Below, piece by piece: positions 32,493-37,543 of a stretch of DNA of 37,543 nt (position 1 is its first letter; each line of letters begins with the position of its first letter). The notes beneath the pieces were generated by a model. It was not told the origin of the DNA. It was given only the letters and a program-made list of their open reading frames with translations, and did no database searches. This stretch comes from a virus (taxonomy: Duplodnaviria; Caudoviricetes). The stretch lies in the IMG/VR virus record IMGVR_UViG_3300017649_000011, positions 1-37,543 of that record; one strand, given 5' to 3'. A program made the translations under genes and the position numbers.

Positions 32493-33393
32493 TGGGAAAC
32501 TCCCTTACTCTCAGGTCTTCGGGGAACTCTGAAATATCGCCGCCTTTGGGATCGCGGAGTTTGATCGGGGCCTCTTCCCAAGAATTAACCTCTTCGTCGA
32601 TGCAAACCGCCTCCCCCGGCCGCCGCCCCAATTGCTTGACGAACACGGGAACGCCCGCCTCGCGGCACTGGCGGATCGTGTCGCGAGCCCACTGGACATC
32701 GAAGGGCCGCGCGTTGGGGCCGCTCTCGCCCCCGCAGACGACCCAGGACAGGGATGGAATGACGATCTCGCCTGGTTCTGGATCGCCTTCGGCGGCAACG
32801 ACGGGCTCAAGCCAGTCCGTAAAATCCACCGGCCCCAGAGCGGGCTCGTAGCTCACCCAGCGCAGCGCGGCCGGAATGTCGAGCAACGAGGGGATTCGGG
32901 CGTCGGCCGTCTCCTGATCCTCGACCGAGACGCCAACCCAGACGTTGGGCGGAGGGTCGCCTTGGAGCCAACGCCCAGCCACAATCCTCCCAATATGCTC
33001 GCCAGCGCGAAGGATATTGGTCATTGCGGCTCGCCAGTTCTCGGGGCGCTTGGAAAGCAGGAGCCAATCAAGGCTCGGCGTCTTGGCGATCAGCTTCAGT
33101 AGCCGCGCCCTCGGCTCATCCAGTTCCGGCCGATCCTCCAGCCAGTCGTTCATCGACATGAAGATGCGTCTTCGCTCGCCCGCCTTGGTCGCCGCGCGAT
33201 CCCATTTCAGCGGGGGGCTCCAATCCTTGGCGATTACGCGCGTCCCCTTCGGACCCCACTCGCCGAGAACGGCTGGGTTGCGATGCGAAAGCTTCTCCGC
33301 ATAACAATTTGTACATCCGTGAGATACTTTGGTGCAACCTCTCCAGCTACTCCAGGTGTGGTGGCACCATTCGATCTTGGTCTCAGTCCCCAT
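32476..33393 (-). CDS. DUF5131 (phage Gp37/Gp68) radical-SAM-like protein
   Basis: TKIEWCHHTW, GCTKVSHGCTNCYA, LLSKRP, NVWVGVSVEDQ, SYEPALG, WVVCGGESG, FVKQLG. Confidence 0.92.
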   Translation of the reverse strand: MGTETKIEWCHHTWSSWRGCTKVSHGCTNCYAEKLSHRNPAVLGEWGPKGTRVIAKDWSPPLKWDRAATKAGERRRIFMSMNDWLEDRPELDEPRARLLKLIAKTPSLDWLLLSKRPENWRAAMTNILRAGEHIGRIVAGRWLQGDPPPNVWVGVSVEDQETADARIPSLLDIPAALRWVSYEPALGPVDFTDWLEPVVAAEGDPEPGEIVIPSLSWVVCGGESGPNARPFDVQWARDTIRQCREAGVPVFVKQLGRRPGEAVCIDEEVNSWEEAPIKLRDPKGGDISEFPEDLRVREFPNDRTA

Positions 33394-33865
33394 CGCCAAA
33401 CCCCCTCGCTTGAATCTCAAACTCGCCGCCGGGGGCCGTCCGCACGACCACGCGGCCCGTCATCTTGTCCTTCTCGCGAAAGACCCATTCGTCGTCGAGG
33501 TACACGACCCGCCCGCCGTCGATCAACACGGGAAGGAAGCGGCTCAGCGAATCGGCCGAATCGACCCAGAAGGCCGGGATTCCCCGCCTCCAGCAATCGC
33601 GGAGGAACAGAACCTGGTCATATCTGGGCCGCTCGCCGTCCCGCTTGACCTCGCATTCGAAGTGGAGGCCGCCCGGGAACCAGCCGTACAGGTCGGCCGC
33701 GCCGTTCTCGCCGGCCCGGAACACGCGGCGCTTGCCCTTGTACTCGGCGGGCACCTGGCCGGTGTTGCGGCGGAACACCCGGCAGCCGTGAAGCTCCAGC
33801 ACCGCGCGACACGCGGCCTGCACGTCCTTTTCGAGCGGACGGGGAGGTTTCAGGGATTTGGGCAC
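33383..33865 (-). CDS. VRR-NUC (PD-(D/E)xK) nuclease
   Basis: EKDVQAAC...RRNTG...GAADLYG...ECEVKRDG...YDQVLF. Confidence 0.85.
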   Translation of the reverse strand: MPKSLKPPRPLEKDVQAACRAVLELHGCRVFRRNTGQVPAEYKGKRRVFRAGENGAADLYGWFPGGLHFECEVKRDGERPRYDQVLFLRDCWRRGIPAFWVDSADSLSRFLPVLIDGGRVVYLDDEWVFREKDKMTGRVVVRTAPGGEFEIQARGFGDGD

Positions 33866-34110
33866 AGTGGCGGCTCCTCTCCCGCGTCGTCGTACAGGTC
33901 AACGTCGAGTTCGTCGGCCCACGCTTCAGCAAAGTCCAAGACCGCCAGTCCCCGCATGATCGCGGTGGTCCCGGGGTTCTCGTGTTGACCGGAAGGGCGG
34001 CACTTATGGACCCGCAGCCAATGCTCGAAAGCCCGATGGAGCTTGTAAGCCAGGTTGGGAGCCACAAGGAGTTCGATGGACACAAGCGGCTCGGGTTCCT
34101 GATTGCTCAC
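33850..34110 (-). CDS. Hypothetical protein
   Basis: Overlapping starts/stops in the operon; AAGGAGG RBS. Confidence 0.6.
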   Translation of the reverse strand: MSNQEPEPLVSIELLVAPNLAYKLHRAFEHWLRVHKCRPSGQHENPGTTAIMRGLAVLDFAEAWADELDVDLYDDAGEEPPLCPNP

Positions 34111-34490
34111 TTCGCCGCCTCCTTCTCCGCGTCCGGGGCGGGCGGCATCGGGAGCGGGCCGGCGTACTCGGCTGCCGGACCCAACGCCTCCCAGCCGATC
34201 CGGTGTTCATCAACGTAAAACGGGTGCGGTTCAGTGTGTTTCCCGTCCCAGCCCAGACGACGCCACCACCACCACCCCGGCTCGTCCGGCGGCTCGCTTC
34301 GCCACGCTGGGCCATCGCCCCGGCGCGGCATGGCGTTCCACGCGGTGTCGGCGGCTTCCTCGTCCTTGGCCCAGGGGCCTTGGGCACCGCATTCGGGATC
34401 GACGCAGACCCGCTTGTGTTTCGCGGAATACTCCAGCGACGCTCGCCCAATTTCATCGCTCCCGCACGCGGGACATGGCTTGATGCTCAT
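34107..34490 (-). CDS. Second Lar-like zinc-finger protein with C-terminal extension
   Basis: IKPCPACGS...CVDPECGAQGP...AADTAWN; extension WRSEPPDEPGWWWWR. Confidence 0.75.
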   Translation of the reverse strand: MSIKPCPACGSDEIGRASLEYSAKHKRVCVDPECGAQGPWAKDEEAADTAWNAMPRRGDGPAWRSEPPDEPGWWWWRRLGWDGKHTEPHPFYVDEHRIGWEALGPAAEYAGPLPMPPAPDAEKEAAK

Positions 34491-35188
34491 GCGTTGACCT
34501 CCATTTTGACTTCCACCGCTTCGCCCTTCTCCGAGTCCCACCGATACGGCGTGTTGGCTTTAATCCCACCCTCGTCCGTATAGCGAACGATCAGACGCCA
34601 CCTTTGGCCGTCCCAAATCTTCCAGGTCAGCGTGCTGCCGTCGCCGCCGGTCAGCGTGCTGCCGTCGCCGCCGGTCAGCGTGCTGCGGTAGCCGCCGGTC
34701 AGCGTGCTGCGGTAGCCGCCGGTCAGCGTGCTGCGGTAGCCGCCGGTCAGCGTGCTGTCGTCGCCGCCGGTCAGCGTGCTGTAGTCGCCGCCGGTCAGCG
34801 TGCTGTAGTCGCCACCCTGTCTAATAGCCCCGACAACCGGCTTGTCGGCCGCGCCGTGGGCGTCGAGGTAAGCAGCCGCTCCCTCGCGATCACCGCAATA
34901 GACGACTTCGCCACGGCGGAACTTGCACTTGCCACCACCGTCGGCGGTTATCTCGACAAGCCCGTCGTCCGGATCGACGGCGAGCACGAGCCACTTCGCG
35001 CTCTCGCTCCAATCCGCCAGGCCGCCCTTGCCGACGCCCCACAAAAAGCCGTGCAGCCCGCCGCCGCAAACGTCTTTGCCGCCGTCCCAATCGGGCGCCT
35101 CGACGAACCCCGACTCGGGATATTGGAAATCGTTGTAAGATCGCATGTCGGCCGCGACGGTGCGTAGGACCAGAACGCGATTGCTCAT
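34487..35188 (-). CDS. Phage protein with eight GGxxSTLT octapeptide repeats
   Basis: N-terminal APDW...CGGGLHG domain, repeat block, C-terminal [11 protein letters not shown]; AAGGAG RBS. Confidence 0.85.
   Translation of the reverse strand: MSNRVLVLRTVAADMRSYNDFQYPESGFVEAPDWDGGKDVCGGGLHGFLWGVGKGGLADWSESAKWLVLAVDPDDGLVEITADGGGKCKFRRGEVVYCGDREGAAAYLDAHGAADKPVVGAIRQGGDYSTLTGGDYSTLTGGDDSTLTGGYRSTLTGGYRSTLTGGYRSTLTGGDGSTLTGGDGSTLTWKIWDGQRWRLIVRYTDEGGIKANTPYRWDSEKGEAVEVKMEVNA
34625..34816. repeat. 24-bp tandem repeat, 8 copies
   Basis: GGTCAGCGTGCT-N6-GCCGCC units (last ends GCCACC), varying only in two codons. Confidence 0.95.
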
Positions 35189-35349
35189 TCGTTGTCTCCT
35201 TGATGCGTGGGCTCAGCCCACTTGGTTATGCGGTACTCGGGGCAGCGGCAGCGCGGGCACGGATGCGCGCCCGGTTCGCGATGGTGGTTGCGGCGGTTGC
35301 AGGCGATTTCGGCGGGCGCTCGATCCGGCGGCCTGGGCTTGCGGCTCAT
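35185..35349 (-). CDS. Small Cys/His-rich protein (54 aa)
   Basis: Read manually: MSRKPRPP...ACNRRNHH...CPRCRCPEY; fills the gap with an ATGA overlap downstream. Confidence 0.5.
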   Translation of the reverse strand: MSRKPRPPDRAPAEIACNRRNHHREPGAHPCPRCRCPEYRITKWAEPTHQGDNE

Positions 35350-35352
35350 GGC

Positions 35353-36261
35353 TCAGCCACCGAGCGCGAGCCGATTGGGGTTGCCGAGCGACTTCCGCTC
35401 AACGTCCAGGACGGGCTTTCCAGTGACATCCACAACGTTGAACTCGTAATCGCCGCCAAGGCTCTCAAGCACGCGGTCCCGGACCTCGCGGGCCTTGGCC
35501 TCGTTAATCTTCGGGAGTTCCTTGAGCGGAATCGGCTTGCCAGACTTCTCCGCGTCCTCGCGTATCCGCTCGGCCATCGCCTTGGTGAGCGTGTCGGCGG
35601 TGAGGGGGATCAGCGCGAAGCTGTCTAGCGGAGTCGCGTTTTCTTTCAATCCGAGAGCGCGACGAAGAACCTTCGCCGGATAGCCGGTGAGGCCGCGATA
35701 GATCGCGTTGTAATGAGCCGCGACGTGGTAGCTTCCGCCGCCTTCGCGGAAGATGCGTTCGTTGTCCTTTTTGTTCTGCTCGCGATTCTTCTGGCGAGCC
35801 TCCGACCAAGGATCTTGCGGCGCTGGCGCGACGTAGCGGCCGGTTTTGCGGATGGCGGGCAGGACTTCCGACGTAACCCACTTGCGGAACCGTTTGGCGT
35901 CAGGCTTGCGGCTCTTGAAGATCAGCGAGTAGAGCCCAGACTCGTTGACGCAGAGCATTTCTTGCGGGCCAGAGGGGGTATCATGATTAATGACCCCCTT
36001 CTCGTCGTCGTCGAGACCCAAGTTTCCGGTCTTCGCGTTGCCGTTGACGGCCATGCTGGCGTTGCCGATCCCCAGCACGCGGCAAACATCGCTGGCCACC
36101 CACCACGGATCTCCACCGACGTTGACGACGCGAACCGGCTTGCCGTCGAACTCCAGTGGCATGACGGCCGGCGGCGACGGCTCGGGCTCCTCGGGAATCC
36201 CGAACATTGTGGACTGTCGAAGCCCGTCGCGAAGTTTCTTGGCCATTTGAATCAATCCCAT
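35353..36261 (-). CDS. BRO-N domain antirepressor-like protein
   Basis: FDGKPVRVV...DPWWVASDVCRVLGI...VNESGLYSLIFKSRKPDAKRFRKWVTSEVLPAIRKTGRY. Confidence 0.93.
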   Translation of the reverse strand: MGLIQMAKKLRDGLRQSTMFGIPEEPEPSPPAVMPLEFDGKPVRVVNVGGDPWWVASDVCRVLGIGNASMAVNGNAKTGNLGLDDDEKGVINHDTPSGPQEMLCVNESGLYSLIFKSRKPDAKRFRKWVTSEVLPAIRKTGRYVAPAPQDPWSEARQKNREQNKKDNERIFREGGGSYHVAAHYNAIYRGLTGYPAKVLRRALGLKENATPLDSFALIPLTADTLTKAMAERIREDAEKSGKPIPLKELPKINEAKAREVRDRVLESLGGDYEFNVVDVTGKPVLDVERKSLGNPNRLALGG

Positions 36262-36446
36262 TGCTCCCCTCCCGCCTCCTTCATCTCCAGTTCCGCCCGC
36301 AGAATCTTGACCTCGCGCGGGGCGTCGAACGCGAGCTTGACCTCGGGCTTGCTCTTGCTCCCGGTGAATCCCGCGTGACTGACGACCACATCGCCGATCC
36401 GCACGGCCTGGTCTCGACTCAGAACGAATTCACGACGCTCGCTCAT
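36252..36446 (-). CDS. csrA: CsrA/RsmA-like protein (copy B)
   Basis: VRIGDVVV...VKLAFDAPREVKILRAEL aligns with the CsrA consensus IxIGD...VRIGIxAPxxVxIxRxE. Confidence 0.75.
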   Translation of the reverse strand: MSERREFVLSRDQAVRIGDVVVSHAGFTGSKSKPEVKLAFDAPREVKILRAELEMKEAGGEQWD

Positions 36447-36456
36447 GTGTCGCTCC

Positions 36457-36684
36457 TTAAACGTATTTCCGCAGCGGTGCCTTGCTCACGCCCTTGCCGT
36501 CGCGGGTGATCGCCACGGAGGCCCCGCGCTCTCCCTTGCCGTCCCAGGTGATCGGCACGTCCCGCGGCACGTCGAAGCCGATGTTCGCGGCCGTTCTTTC
36601 AGAGTTGGCCCAGCCGAGGAACACGATGCGGATGTTGCCGTCGATCACGGTTTCTTGACCAACACCCATCGAACGTTTCAGCAT
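36457..36684 (-). CDS. csrA: Divergent CsrA/RsmA-like protein (copy A)
   Basis: MLKRSMGVGQETVIDGNIRIVFLG...ANIGFDVPRDVPITW aligns with the CsrA beta-strands but lacks the conserved beta5 Arg. Confidence 0.7.
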   Translation of the reverse strand: MLKRSMGVGQETVIDGNIRIVFLGWANSERTAANIGFDVPRDVPITWDGKGERGASVAITRDGKGVSKAPLRKYV

Positions 36685-36694
36685 CCTTGACCCC

Positions 36695-37219
36695 TCAAAC
36701 GGCTTCCGCCGTCGCGAATTGAAACACTCGTTGATTCAACGCCTCTTCGGCGGCGTTCAGGCCCCGCCGCTCGGGCGAGTCGTTGCCGTAAAGCTCGTGG
36801 ATCTCGCGGAACCCGCCGCACTGGTAATCGTGATGCCGCAGCTTGACGACGGGACGGCCGAGGTCGTCGGTGCGATACCCCTCGTCTTCCTTCCCCGGCT
36901 CGGCAAGTTCAATGTGATGGATTTCGTGGTGTAGCAGGGCCTTTCGCTGAACTTCGTTCAACTCGCGCCAGACCGACCCATCAATCTCGATGAGCGCGTC
37001 GGGGCAGCCCAGGGCTCGGTTTTTGAGCGAGACGACCGACACGCGGGCCTCGCAGGGCCAGCCGCCGACCTTAAGCGGGTGGCCGTCGTCGTTGTCGCTC
37101 AACGCCACCAGCACGCCGATGTTGATTTCGGCGCGGGCGAGATCGGGCCGATGCTCCTCGATGATCTCGCCCGCCATCTCCAGCGTTTCGGCGTCGGCTT
37201 TCCAGTAGCTCACTCCCAT
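36695..37219 (-). CDS. Putative phage metallopeptidase (HEXXH)
   Basis: DALIEIDGSVW...KALLHHEIHH...HDYQCGGFREI; GAGGAG RBS, ATG 37219. Confidence 0.8.
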   Translation of the reverse strand: MGVSYWKADAETLEMAGEIIEEHRPDLARAEINIGVLVALSDNDDGHPLKVGGWPCEARVSVVSLKNRALGCPDALIEIDGSVWRELNEVQRKALLHHEIHHIELAEPGKEDEGYRTDDLGRPVVKLRHHDYQCGGFREIHELYGNDSPERRGLNAAEEALNQRVFQFATAEAV

Positions 37220-37230
37220 TGCTCGGCTCC

Positions 37231-37543
37231 TCAGAATGGCGGTTTGGCGGTCAGGGCCTCGTGTTGTCGCCGCTCCAGCACGGCCCGGAAGTTCCCTGGC
37301 AGCGGTCCGGCATAGTCGGCGTCGATGTCGTGGATTTCGTCGTACCAGACCTTCTCGATGGTCCCGTCGCCGCGACGAACGGGAAAGCATTTGTCGGCGC
37401 GAACATCCGAGAGCATGAGGATGTATCGCCCGTCGCCGAACGAACGGGCGAGCATGTCCCGCCGAGCCTCCCCGGCCTGGCACACGCAGCAGGCGTGGAA
37501 CGTCGGCTTGGCCGTCCGGTCGTAGGGCTCGGGTTCGGCCTCG
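37231..37543 (-). CDS. Hypothetical protein, 3' part (runs off window end); CxCxxG motif
   Basis: Frame open from the window end: EAEPEPYDRTAKPTFHACCVCQAG...; likely the C-terminus of the gene at 1-292. Confidence 0.65.
   Translation of the reverse strand, partial: EAEPEPYDRTAKPTFHACCVCQAGEARRDMLARSFGDGRYILMLSDVRADKCFPVRRGDGTIEKVWYDEIHDIDADYAGPLPGNFRAVLERRQHEALTAKPPF

Larger units (their letters stand above)
1..37543. mobile_element. Temperate tailed phage (siphovirus-like), near-complete genome in excised (attP) configuration
   Basis: Terminase, portal, capsid, tail, integrase/excisionase and early genes are all present. attP is internal with phage genes on both sides, and no host housekeeping genes are seen. 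Confidence 0.93.

Noticed and set aside
34625-34816. Possible CRISPR array
   Set aside because: The 24-bp units are contiguous with only 6 variable nt, lie in frame in a protein, and no cas genes are present.

Overview
This window is a nearly complete temperate tailed phage genome (about 37.5 kb, GC-rich) in its excised form. An intact attP, carrying the 3' part of a tRNA-Cys(GCA), lies just downstream of a tyrosine integrase, and one gene appears to be split across the two window ends. A Planctomycetota host is suggested by integrase style, CsrA paralogs and a C1 peptidase cassette, but this is inference only. Layout: (i) a leftward early operon from a promoter near 3130 (RecT-like annealing protein, HTH replication initiator) that continues from the far end of the window (metallopeptidase, two CsrA-like genes, BRO-N, octapeptide-repeat protein, two Lar-like genes, VRR-NUC, DUF5131, NUMOD4-HNH, sigma-70 factor, xis, int); (ii) a small rightward immunity operon with a ribbon-helix-helix-like repressor and GTCCTAGGAC operators; (iii) a rightward late region (HTH regulator, a ~450-nt structured RNA block, ParB-DUF4417, terminase, portal, a holin-like/secreted/papain-peptidase cassette, scaffold, capsid, ECF-like sigma, collagen fibre, siphovirus-type tail); (iv) a three-gene cassette with its own promoter next to attP. 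The most interesting signals are two D-arm-less tRNA-like RNA modules in the late leader, a candidate papain-protease lysis cassette with no recognisable endolysin, an OOP-like antisense RNA over the rep translation start, a tandem pair of divergent CsrA genes, and an HNH gene flanked by a synonymously recoded duplicate of the DUF5131 3' end. All family assignments come from motif recognition by eye; no database search was run.
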